This document shows, in pieces, positions 25,256-36,399 of a stretch of 64,000 nucleotides of DNA. Positions within the stretch are counted from its first letter, which is position 1. Every line of letters begins with the position of its first letter. Below the pieces are notes generated by a model. It was given only the letters and a program-made list of their open reading frames with translations. It searched no databases and was not told the DNA's origin. This stretch comes from Zygnema circumcarinatum SAG 698-1b (Eukaryota; Plantae; Zygnematophyceae): the NCBI GenBank assembly GCA_037447605.1, contig CM074819.1, forward strand, positions 824,744 to 888,743, written 5' to 3'. A program made the translations under genes and the position numbers.

Positions 25256-26954
25256 GTTCAACCCTAAAATGTTTCAATCAAGCAATGCTTGATATATTGA
25301 AATGTTTGAGATATTTGAATCCTGAGATATGTGAACCTTAAGATAGCGGAACCCTAAAAAATATGTATATTCCTGATGATATCCTGACTCTGCTGCCTTT
25401 GAGTTTCACAATGTTGCAAGAGAGCTCCCACACATCTCCCCTGTAACCCTGACCATCTTCCTCTCCGTCTCCCTCCCTCCCTGTCTCTCTCCTCACCTCA
25501 CCTCTCCCTCTTCCTCACCTCCGTCCCTCTCCCCTTCCCTCTCCCTCTTCCATCTCCCTCTCCTGTTATCCCGATTGCCTTCCAAAACCGCTTGGACGTC
25601 CCCCGGGACGCTCAAGTACCCTTCCCACGGACTCCACGCGTGCGTCACAGACACTTCTGCAACTGCAGTAGAGGCGGAAAATACCTGTAAGCGACGCCAA
25701 AAATGTCGGCCAACGGCCCAAATGACATTGCCGGCCGGCAAGGGAACCTCCCCCTTCACCTCGGGACAAATACATATCCCGCGGGCGGACTCTATAGCTA
25801 TCATAGGGACACTCGGGGGACGACAGAGTCTGAGTCTACCTCCCTGCCGGCAGAAAATGCTGACTGCCGCGCAGCCGGCCGGCAAACAAGCTGCCGGTTG
25901 GAGGGCAGGGCTAACGGTACTATTGTGGGAACCGTTCGAGGGTGTGCACATATCGCTCGTACCGAGTCCAAAAGACATATCGAGATATATCTCATAATAC
26001 CGCGATATCGAGAGGCAAGAGAGAAAGATGTCGCGATACGAACGAGTCGTATCGCATATTGAATTTTCGATACCGTATCGTAATATCGATAGCAAGTGAG
26101 GGGATATATCGCGATGTTTATTCGTCGTATCGAGTAAGAAATATCCGATTCAGTATCGCAATATTGGAATTTTCAATATTCTGAATGGGCTTCCTTGTCG
26201 GTTAGCGGTATCGAATGGTCAGTATAATATCGCAATAACATTGTATCGCAATATACTCAAAATACGATACGCTATATCGTCTTACATCGGACAGTTCATG
26301 TTCGTAGTTTCTTTCGCGGTCCATGAGGCTGCCTTCCACTGTGAGTGGTGGCCTTCCTCGCAGGTTCTGAAGGAGGTGAGTCCCCACTGCCCCTCCCTCT
26401 TCCTCCCTCCCTCTCCGTTTCTCTCTCCCTCTCCTTCTCTACACCTCTCTCTCTCACACACGATATACGCATATAGAGACTGTTCTTCTCGCCCTCTCCA
26501 AGGGATGGAGCTAAGAAGAGGTTCGTCGTTAAGGAATGTGTGATAAATCTCCGTCTCTAGGACTGCAACAACCTCTGCAACTATCCCATCAACTTCGTTG
26601 TTTGTGTTTTCTGCTTCTTTAACCCAGAATAGCTTCACTCCTTAAGATGCGTACGCAATACTACCGTCCTCTGCCTCGATCCCTTCCACCTTTTTAGGGC
26701 AATCTGTAAAATATTCTGAGACGGCAAGGCCTATAATTCTGTGGGTTTTAGGGTTTGAAAAGATCGAGGCCAATCTCAAGAAATGTTTCTGGTAGGAAAG
26801 AAGAACACCACACTCCAACCTGCGCTTTTAAAAAAAGAAGGAAAAAACAAGATCGCTCAAATTAAGCATTTCCAATATGCACAGGAACCCAGGTCCCTTC
26901 TTCCACGACCCTCGTGTTCATATTATTAAAAACTGGATGTAAGCGAGTTAACAA

Positions 26955-28527
26955 ATGCCCCAAACTGGTAGTGCGAACGCTCTCGACGAGATTATTCCGG
27001 AACCTGTAACGAACGACGTCACGTATGTAACCGCCGAAGGTGATGTCATCGATGTTCAAGATGATGCTGATAAGGCCATGGATGATGTCGACAATGACGA
27101 GGCACCAGATGGCATGCTGCCAATGGTCGTCATGCGAGTAATGGGCCAATCGGAGCAACCCCGCGAATGGAGCACCAAACTTTGCGACTGTCTCGATGAT
27201 CTCCCGAGCTGTAGGTGAAATTCAGGGCATTAGGGTTTTAATTATAATTATATTTACCGAACAGTTTTATTATTGGAGGATGAAATTGTCTGGGATTTGA
27301 GGGTTCCGGGTATGTTCTTCGAGCGTAACAAGTAGGTTCGTTTATTTCGAGTTCTTGAAATCTCTTTTGGCGACTTCACGTTTTGCATCTCTTAAAATAT
27401 TGGGGTTCTGAGTTTACTCGAGGTTTTACGGGTGTTGTGGTTTTAGTCCCGCCGACCCCACCACAAAAAATCCATCAAATATTAATTCGCAAAGCCCCCT
27501 AATGCTGACTCGTGTCCCTCCCTCCCTTCCCTCCCTCCCTCCCCCCCTCCCCCTCCTCTCTCCCTCCCTCCCTCCAGGCTGCGTGGGCCTGTGCTGCCCC
27601 TGCCTCCTGCTGGGCCACAACGTGCAGACCCTGGAGGGGGGGTCCTGCTGGGGGCCGTGCTGCCTCCACTGCGCGTGCCTCTCCCTCTGCGCTGTGCTGC
27701 AATCCACGTGGTGCAGCGCCACGCCCTGCGGGTACGTGTTCCTACTCGTTCTCTGCTACAGCGGAACGGTACGGAGGGCGCTGCAGGCGAAGCTCAACAT
27801 CAAGGTCAGGAGGGAGGGGAGGGGAGGGAGGGAGGGGAGGGGAGGGGAAGGGCACATAGGAACTCTCATACGGAAAAGGGGGGGGTGGGAGAGGGCGGGG
27901 AGGAAGGGGAGGGGGGGGGGAGGCCTTTGAGTCTTAGAGGGGTTTTGGGGTTCTTGGAGATTTGGGAGTGTGGGTGGCTTGCGTTGGAAGGAGCTGGCGA
28001 CGTTTTTTTTGGTTTATGGATTGTGGGTTAGAGAAAGGGGATAGTTAGAGCAGGGAGAGAGGGAGATAGAGAGAGAGAGCGAGGCAGAGTGGGGCGATGA
28101 GATATAGGCTATGATCGTACTAGTGCACTTTTCTCTGGCCCTCTCTCTTTCTCCCTTGCTCCCTCTCTCCCTCCTTTCTCTCTCCCTCTCTCCATCTCCC
28201 TCCCTGTCCCTTTGCCCCCGTGGCGAGCTTTCGGAGTCCATCCAAAATTACGGAAAATTTCGTTCCGTTTCCGTTACAGGGACCTGACCTTCCGTTGACC
28301 GTTCTATGCAGAGGACGTATTTCTGTGGAGTGTGGTCCTGTGACGGAGCCCTCCAGCACCTCCTCTGCCACCAACTGGCTCTATGTCAGGAATACCGTGA
28401 AATGCAGAACCGTTCGGCGCCCGTAGAACTGATGTTCATGGAACCGCCTCCTCGTCAGTACATGGAGCCACACATCTCCTTCAAAAGACAGGCTTTCAGT
28501 AAAAAAAGAGGGGGGGACAATACCTAA
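26955..28527 (+). CDS. PLAC8 (Cys-rich, PCR/CNR/FW2.2-like) family protein; exons 26955-27210, 27578-27804, 28312-28527
   Basis: Motifs: [62 protein letters not shown]. An alternative extended C-terminus to 29025 is possible. Confidence 0.85.
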
Positions 28528-29664
28528 GCAAGAAGGAGGCGAAGTTGAAAAAGTTATCATTCCAACCTTACTTTATTCCTACCTCTCCAGGAGGAGAAGG
28601 TCAATACGGCCACTTCGAAACCATGTACGATAGAAAATTAGGCCAGAGTCGCTACTTCCTCTCCCGCTCCCACCTTCTCTTTCTCCTCTCCCTCCCGGCT
28701 TCCCTCTTTCTCCTTCCTCTCCTTCCCTCCTCTCTTTCCATCCCTCTCCCTCCCTCTCCCTCCCTCATTCTCTCCTCCCTCGCTCTCCCTCCCTCTCCCA
28801 CCCTCCCCTCCCCCCCTTATCCCTCTCTCTCCATCCCCCTCCCCCCTCCCTCCCTCTCTCCCTTCCCTTCCTACCTCCCTACCCCCCTTTCCCTCCCACC
28901 CTCTCCCCTTCCCCCTTCCCTCCCTCGCTCCCTCTCCCTCCTCCCCTTCCCCTCCCTCCCTCCCTTCCTCCCTCCCAGACTTGGATTATAAATCCCCGAA
29001 TTTCCCTTGTAATCTAACGTTCTGAAGTTTGTACAGGCCCCACTAACCCTCCCGCGGATAAGCCCTCCCCCCTGAACCCCCATTTCCGAAACCCTTGTAA
29101 AAGTTTGCGCTTAACTTTTGAACTCCCTCCCATTGGGCTCCTGTGAAGGCTCGGTCACGGTCCAGCTGTACTGTCCATAGCAACCACCTCCCTTTTTTTT
29201 TTTTGATTTTTTTTTTTGGTGCCAATTACCAAATGTTGGAGCGGAGCGGCAAGGAATGTCAACTGTCTACAATGGTTCCAACGGTTGGCTTCATTTGAAG
29301 ATGGTTTGGACGAATGCTGTTCTGCCATCTTGTTCTGTGGTGGCTGCACTAATGCGGTCTTCTAATTCAACGAAAGAATTTAAAAATTAAATAACTAAAT
29401 CGAAGTGTATGTGACCTCAATTCAGGAAACAATAGGTACAATTCATATCAAATAAATAAACTCAGTCGCCACTCGCCAACCATTGGCTGGAGCGAAACAG
29501 CCCGTGCCAAAGCCAGAGCAATGACGTGACGTGACGCGACGTGACGTCAAATAGCGACTTTTAGACTCGTGAGTTCAATGAAATTTCTTTTAGAATTAGA
29601 CCGAGGGTCGACCGTACATGACCGTATGAACATGACGTCTGTACGAGCACCGTGGTTTACACTA

Positions 29665-30104
29665 CAGTAACCCCCCTTAATATTTTCGCAAAGGTTTCGG
29701 CAAATATTATTCCTATTTATTATTATTATTGGGCGAAAATCTTGAAATTTGGAAATATAAGGTCCGTGTTAACAATAGTCGAAAGGTATTATGTTAGTGT
29801 TCATGTATGTCCGTACGTATCGTACCGTGCTTTTAGATACTGTACACGAGCTCCTATTGGTGCCGTACGTATACCGTACGATTTATAGATTCTATTCGTA
29901 CTTACCGTACAGCGTAATAGCGTGACACATGTTCGAAAGCCGTTTCGATTAACAGATTTTGTACTGGAAAATAGGTCAGGTTAGGTTAACACCCCTAATA
30001 CGTTAACACAGAGTTACCGTACAAAAAGGTGGTTTCGGCAAAATCGGGGCGACTTTCTTGGGGGACGCACTGTACAGGGTGGAAAATATTAATGAGGTCT
30101 ACTG
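29665..30104. mobile_element. Tc1/mariner-type MITE (440 bp, TA TSD)
   Basis: TIRs CAGTAACCCCCCTTAATATTTT and (reverse complement of right end) CAGTAGACCTCATTAATATTTT match at 18/22 positions. TA flanks both ends (29663-64, 30105-06). No internal ORF. Confidence 0.75.
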
Positions 30105-30744
30105 TAGATCTGACGATGACGCCGTACCAATGCCTGTCGCTTCAGTACAGTCCTGAAGTGAGTGTCGCGGCCCCGCGGGCCGCGCATGTACGAGGCTATA
30201 TAGAGGTACCGTACGGAACGAGTGGCAGCCTGGCAGGCAGTGACAGGCGGGCGGCGCGCGGGAACGGGTTTGACTTCTCGTGTGGTTCCGGGAAGCGGGG
30301 GGGAGGGACAGTGGGAAGAGGCGCTGCGAGAGAGAGAGGGGGAGAGGGAGAGGGAGAGAGGGAGAGGGAGAGGGAGAGGGCGAGGGAGAGGGAGAGGGAG
30401 AGGGATAGGNNNNNNNNNNTTTTTTTTTTTTTTTTTTTTTTTTTTGCACCTTTCCTACATCTTGACGGCAAGTGGTCGGTTGGGATGAAGAGAATGAATC
30501 ATATGCTCAAATTTCCGTCGACATGTGCGTGTCTTTTCTTGATGTTGATTGATGTGAAAGACAATGGACCATTTGGCATTACCTTTACTTTGTCCGTTTT
30601 ACGATTATTCAATGCAAGGCTTTTTTGTTGCGAGTGACTTTCAGTAGTGGTTTCAAGCACCTCGTCTGTCGTTGTGCCACGTGGCATTCTTGACCCTGGT
30701 AACACTGGTGAGCTTTGGGTCTATGTTTCAGCGCGTGAGCTTCT

Positions 30745-31200
30745 GTTCATGTTCATGTTCATGTTCATGTTCATGTTCATGTTCATGTTCATGTTCATGT
30801 TCATGTTCATGTTCATGTTCATGTTCATGTTCATGTTCATGTTCATGTTCATGTTCATGTTCATGTTCATGTTCATGTTCATGTTCTGCCCTGGCGTTCA
30901 TGTTCATGTTCATGTTCATGTTCATGTTCATGTTCATGTTCATGTTCATGTTCATGTTCATGTTCATGTTCATGTTCATGTTCATGCTCATGTTCATGTT
31001 CATGTTCATGTTCATGTTCAGTTCATGTTCATGTTCATGTTCATGTTCATGTTCATGTTCATGTTCATGTTCATGTTCATGTTCATGTTCATGTTCATGT
31101 TCATGCTCATGTTCATGTTCATGTTCATGTTCATGTTCATGTTCATGCTCATGCTCATGCTCATGCTCATGTTCATGTTCATGTTCATGTTCATGTTCAT
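30745..31200. repeat. (GTTCAT)n hexamer microsatellite, ~75 units, in the SKP1 copy 1 intron
   Basis: Tandem GTTCAT with occasional GCTCAT variants and two short interruptions (near 30885 and 31020). Confidence 0.95.
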
Positions 31201-31317
31201 GTCATTGATCTGACGCCGCCAATGGGTCGTTGTTGTGCGTGTTTGCAGGCCGCCAACTATTTGGACATCCCAGAGCTGTTGGACCTCACCTGTCAGACGG
31301 TGGCGGACATGGCCAAG

Positions 31318-31767
31318 TGTAGCGAAACGCTATACATGTGTTGTATGGCCTAGTATTTACATCCGCGGTTGCCTTTTAATGGTAAAGCACTGGTGTGGGT
31401 ACCGGGAGGTCTTGTGTTCGAACCCTGCCAGGGGCGGGTTTGTTACATTGGTATCATAGCCAGTGCCCGGTATTTGTAATCCACCCTAAAAACACCGTGA
31501 TCTTTGAGCATGGTACGGGTTGCTCAGTGGCCTGAGGGGCTGAGACCGTCGCGGCGCATGTGTTGAAGGAGCTTGAACGCTGCTCGTGAAAACCCTTGAG
31601 TGCGCTCGAGGACAAGCCCGGTTTAGGTGGGGAGGAATGTAGCGAAACGCTATACATGTGTTGTATGGCCTAGTATTTACATCCGCGGTTGCCTTTTAAT
31701 GGTAAAGCACTGGTGTGGGTACCGGGAGGTCTTGTGTTCGAACCCTGCCAGGGGCGGGTTTGTTACA
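31318..31767 (+). mobile_element. TRIM (non-autonomous LTR retrotransposon) with tRNA-like LTRs
   Basis: Identical 130-bp LTRs at 31318-31447 and 31638-31767 (TGTA...TACA). PBS TGGTATCATAGCC at 31449-31461 (one mismatch to the tRNA-iMet complement). PPT AGGTGGGGAGGAA at 31625-31637. TSD CCAAG at 31313-17 and 31768-72. Confidence 0.96.
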
Positions 31768-34700
31768 CCAAGGGTAAGACTGCTGCGGAAATTCGACAAA
31801 CGTTCAACATCAAGAATGATTTCATTCCAGAGGAGGAGGAACAGGTCAAGCGTGACAATCCGTGGGCATTTGAGTAAGTGCGGAGCGGCCGAACACACAC
31901 TTCTCCTTCTTCGTTGACATTCATTCGCTCATTTCGACTGTTCTGCTTGGAGTAGGACCTTCTACATGTGTTCAGTCACAGTTGTCTGGAAAGCACTTTC
32001 TCTCTATCCGTCAAGCATGGCTGCAGTAGGATTTGGCCTCCATCCTTTTCGACAAATATCCTGTGTCAAGTTTGAGCACATTGGATGCAAATGGCACTGT
32101 TTCACCTGCAGTAGTTCGCTGTCACGCAGTACAGTAACTACATGTGCAGAGGCTGCCAGGGAGGGGTCAAGACCAAATGCGTGCTCCGGTTTCATATTTC
32201 AAGCAGCAGTGAGTGAGTCTAAAAATGAAAGAACGAAGTATCGTCCTGCAGAAACATGAAACATGCACCAACAAAGTGTTGATGTATAGGTTACATCAAG
32301 GTGTTGGCACTTAGTTGCTCGCATGAATGTTGTCCGGGACATCAATGTGTTGGTGGAAAAAGTACAATGTGGTATAGGGACAATGTCCATGCATGGATGG
32401 TCATGTTTGGTGAAGGACCGAACATGGGGGGTGCCCGTATCATTAAGGCACGGTACGGCAGGTCTATGGGTGGTCTATGGTCGTAGGTTTGCGGCCTAGG
32501 CTTAGACCGCACCAAAGGGGGTGCGCGGAATGCGCCTGAACGGATGGATCGCGGCCGTACAAACGGCGCCCGACTGTACGGACGACTCGGAAGTGTACGA
32601 ACACGGAGATTTGGGCGCGAGAGGCGGATTTGCGTAAAGCGACATGATTGGTTGCGACAGTGCGGAAATCGCGGCGCATCTCCGTGACACATGGTTCGGC
32701 AATGTCGGTGGAGGAGAATTTGAGATGTCGCTGATTGGTCGGGGTGAGAGCGTGGTGTACGGAGCGCGCGACATGTGGCGCGACGGACGGACTTCAATGG
32801 TAGTGCGCGAAGCGGCGGCGCAAAGCGTCAGTGGTGCCGCTTCAGCATGTCGGTGGCGAATCAGGTGACGCCACGTGGACCATGTTGATAGTGGGTCCAC
32901 GGGTGTGCGCTGACGGCAGGATGGACGCCGGCCGGTTTGCCGAACGAGTGCACTTGCAAGGGCGGGCGTGACGTGATATCTAGTGTCACGTCACATTGTC
33001 ATGGTTGTATGAGAGGGAGCAAGCTTGGCTCTCTCACTCACTCATTCTCGCTGGATGTTATGCTGCTTGAACTTTGCTGTTTAGGAATATTATGTGAAGG
33101 CTGAGGCCTAGAGGATTCTGGCCTTGTGTAGGAAGGTCGTGAAGGAACAAGTTCTCATCATGCTAAGCTTTATTGGAGAAGTTAGGTGGTGTGTTGCCCA
33201 TGTGTTGAGGTAGAGTAGTTCTTGGAGGCATGAACTGTTTGGCTATTGGAGTTGAAGTGTAAGCTATTTATCAGAGGATAGGATAGTGCTAGGGTCGTGG
33301 GCTTTCTCCGTATTATTTTGTCCTTCGTCGTGTGGAGTCCTTGTGTTGGACTGGCGTGGTGGATGAGTGGAGGCGACCATTGTATGGGCGGTGTGTCGCT
33401 CCACACGATTGGAGGTAAAAACCCTAAAAACCCTAAAAACCCTAAAAAAGGAGCCGAGACCATGGAGGAGATGAAGAAGTGTTCATGTAGGTGGCGCGTT
33501 TAGTTTCCGCTGTGTGCGCCTAGCGAGGGGTGGATGAGAAGGTAAGGTAAGGTAAGCGGTATGTGGCCCAAGGAGAAGTGGAGGAACGTTTTGAGTGTCA
33601 TCCGGGCATGTGTTTGTGTTTATCCTGACTCGAGTCCTCCTTGCACCAACACAAAGTTCTGAACAAAATGCAGCCCCTTCAAGAAAATGGGAATTTGAGG
33701 AATTGGGTAATTATACTCGGCAAGAGAAGAAGTTTGAAACTGATTGTGGCTAATTGCCAAACATGTGAGCGCGCGCGAATGAACGTCGATGCCTCGTTGA
33801 ACAATTAAAAAACTTCTGTTGGTAAACTTGCTTTGTCTGCAAAACTGATCAATAGTGTATGATTAGTTGCTCGTGACTGGTTTGAATGAAACCATGGCGT
33901 TGTTTGGTCGACAGTTTCGTTTAGTTTTGTAAGTTGTGTGTCTATTAAGGAGGTTCCTAGGGTTGTGGGAGAGCTCTCAATGGGCATTGGTGCAGCCACA
34001 AGGCACTACCTCTGTCTATGGGGGGATCAATCAAATCAAAGTTTGATCAATCAAAGTTTTTGTCAATGGTTGTCTATGGTCGTTTTTCTGTATGGTCACT
34101 TCGTATCACGTCTTCAGATCTATTGAAATTATATTCGAAAGGCAATGAAGTGCGATGTTAATGCAGATTGCGCTTTGCTGCTACTGTAACGAATTGTTTT
34201 CCGCTAATCCCCATTTTATGTTTGGATTCTCTGGTGATCCTTGCTCAGACTCCCATCAACGAAAGGTAGAAGCACATACATCGACGAATCACTGACAAGT
34301 TTTTCAGGCTGTGATGTCTCGCAATCTCACATGTACAAATCCTTTACAGAGGTTCAATGAGACTTCCAAGTTGAGTCTAAGTTGAAAGAGAATTATCGAG
34401 GTCCTTATGGTTTTATTTCCTCCAAAATTGTAAAGTGATTATCATGCTGAATCAGCATTTTCTTGCTGAAGGGCCCACTAGCTGCATACATTGCGAAATG
34501 TTTTTTGGCGTAGCAACAAGGACACAGTTTGTATCCGCGAGTTCTACTCCTGCCTTGGCTATTCAGCTGTACACAGAGAGGAACGTTCTCAGGACAAATT
34601 ATAGACCTGACCCTTTCGTTGGTAGCCTCTCAATGTTGAAAGACTTTAAAGCGTTCCAAGGGTTGGCATGCTAAATTCTTAAAGATCAAAACCCCAACTA

Positions 34701-35869
34701 AGCAACAATGCCAATTCGAAAGCACAAACATTACCCTCCATTAGCGCTCTCCTCTCTCTCCCCAAGTCAGAGTGCTTTTATAGCAGCCACTCGAGTCTCG
34801 CTGCTTTCCACCCCAACTCGTGGTTTCTAAACCCCCCCCCCCCGGACAGTCCCCTGGGCACAGGGCCGCCCCAGCTCATCCGTACAACGAGTGCTCGTAC
34901 AACCAATAGATGCTGCGCTCAATTCCAAAGGATGGCTCCACTACAAGAGGGAGTGAAGTTCCGGCCCTGCAAGAAAAAAAAAAAAAAAGGTTCCGGCCCT
35001 TCAAAACTTACCAGCAAGTTCGAGGGGGGGGGGAGAGGGATGGGGGAAGAGGGGNNNNNNNNNNGGGAGAGGGAGGGGGGAAGGGAGAGGGAGGGGGGAA
35101 GGGAGAGGGAGGGAGTGTGGGGGGGAGAGTGGGCGGGAGGGGGACCTCCAGGAAAGGAATAAGCATGTGTAAGTTATCTCTTTTTTTGTGGGGCTGAGAC
35201 TAAATTGGGCAGTGAGTGACTTCTCCTCTCTGAATATTTCAATCTCCATTTCCATGATGTTGCCTGTGGGAGTATGGGACCCTTAAAATTTGATAAGCAG
35301 AAAAAACTTTACGAAACGTGACAGAGGAGCTTGTCCTTGTTCAACTAATGAAGCGGCAAAAAGTCAATGACGATGAGGGCATTCATAGATGACGAATAAA
35401 AAGACAGATAGACAGGGGCAATAGTGCAAAGAATTGTCCTTTCAAATTACCTCAGCACAAGCGTAGAAGCAGCTCTGAATTGAATACTGTACTGCGGCGC
35501 TGAAGTGCCTGCCGGGGAAGTGCTGCAAGCGAGGAGATATGGGGGGAGGAGAGAGGAAGGAACAGTGGGAGAGGTAGGGGAGAGATAGAGAGAGAGAGTG
35601 GGGGACGGAGGGAAAGAGGGGTAGAGAAGGGAGGGAAAGTCAAAGAGAGAGAGTTGAGAGAGAACGAGAGTCTGTAGGGAGAGCTTTTTCAACCCAGCCA
35701 CTCGTGCAAAGTGAAAAGGGATCAGAAAAGTTGACATGCAAGAAGCGGCGGTTTCGCTGCCGTGCTTTCCGTTACGGCTGTTGAATGGGGCGAGGGAAGG
35801 GGGAGAGAGAGAGAGTGAGAGAGAGTGAGAGAGAGTGTTTACCTCTCGTTTTCGAAATTAAGACTCGGG

Positions 35870-36318
35870 TTACTCTTTGGAATCGAAAACACCTTCCTTC
35901 GGAGTATCCGTCAAGTCATTGAATGTTTCGATCTGCCATTTTCCGTATTCATAAATAGTGTAATCAACAATCCCCTGCAAGCATCAATTGAAGAGATGAG
36001 TTAAGAAAAGATATTTGAGAAATCCATCAGGAAGACAGACCCTAACGTTTCTTAAAAAAACAGATTTTGAAAAGTCTTACCGCCATCATTCCGTCAAATT
36101 CCGGTTCCTTATCCTCCCCAACAATTTCCTTTGCTTCCTTCCACCACTCGCTGCTCTTTCCCCACAAGTGTGAATAATCACTCAATTGTCTGACTTGATA
36201 ATGAGCAGAAAGTGGAGAAAAAAAGCCGGGCTGCTTCTCGTTCGTAGCGATATAGATTGTGCTCCCGTTAGCTATATTTTTCTTCTTCAAAACTTCTAAC
36301 AAACTGCACCAGAGAGAA

Positions 36319-36399
<81 letters not shown>

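Larger units (their letters stand above)
30420..31877 (+). pseudogene. SKP1: SKP1-like copy 1, disrupted by a TRIM in exon 2; exon 1 probably lies in the gap at 30410-30419
   Basis: The intron is homologous to that of the SKP1 gene at 39626. Removing 31318-31772 restores [57 protein letters not shown]. With the insertion, an in-frame TAG occurs at 31351-31353. Confidence 0.85.

Noticed and set aside
29043-29349. Small spliced minus-strand gene (MAEQHSSKP...)
   Set aside because: No recognisable product. The putative intron is A-rich rather than pyrimidine-rich, and the region is better explained as the + strand 3' end of the PLAC8 gene.
30647-31213. MFMF/HVHV/SCSC ORFs suggesting a metal-binding repeat protein
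   Set aside because: Products of the intronic (GTTCAT)n microsatellite; the paralogous intron has no such frame.
31365-31435. Functional tRNA gene within each TRIM LTR
   Set aside because: The acceptor and T stems do not pair and the anticodon loop has 6 nt. It is treated as tRNA-derived promoter sequence only.
31317-31772. Clean removal of the TRIM by splicing (GT at 31317, AG at 31771-72)
   Set aside because: This removes 456 nt against 455 inserted, giving a -1 frameshift. The alternative GT at 31319 gives an immediate stop.
34680-34960. Solo LTR or retroelement remnant
   Set aside because: A TATA-like TTTTATAG is present, but I found no TG...CA pair, TSD, PBS or second copy to support it.
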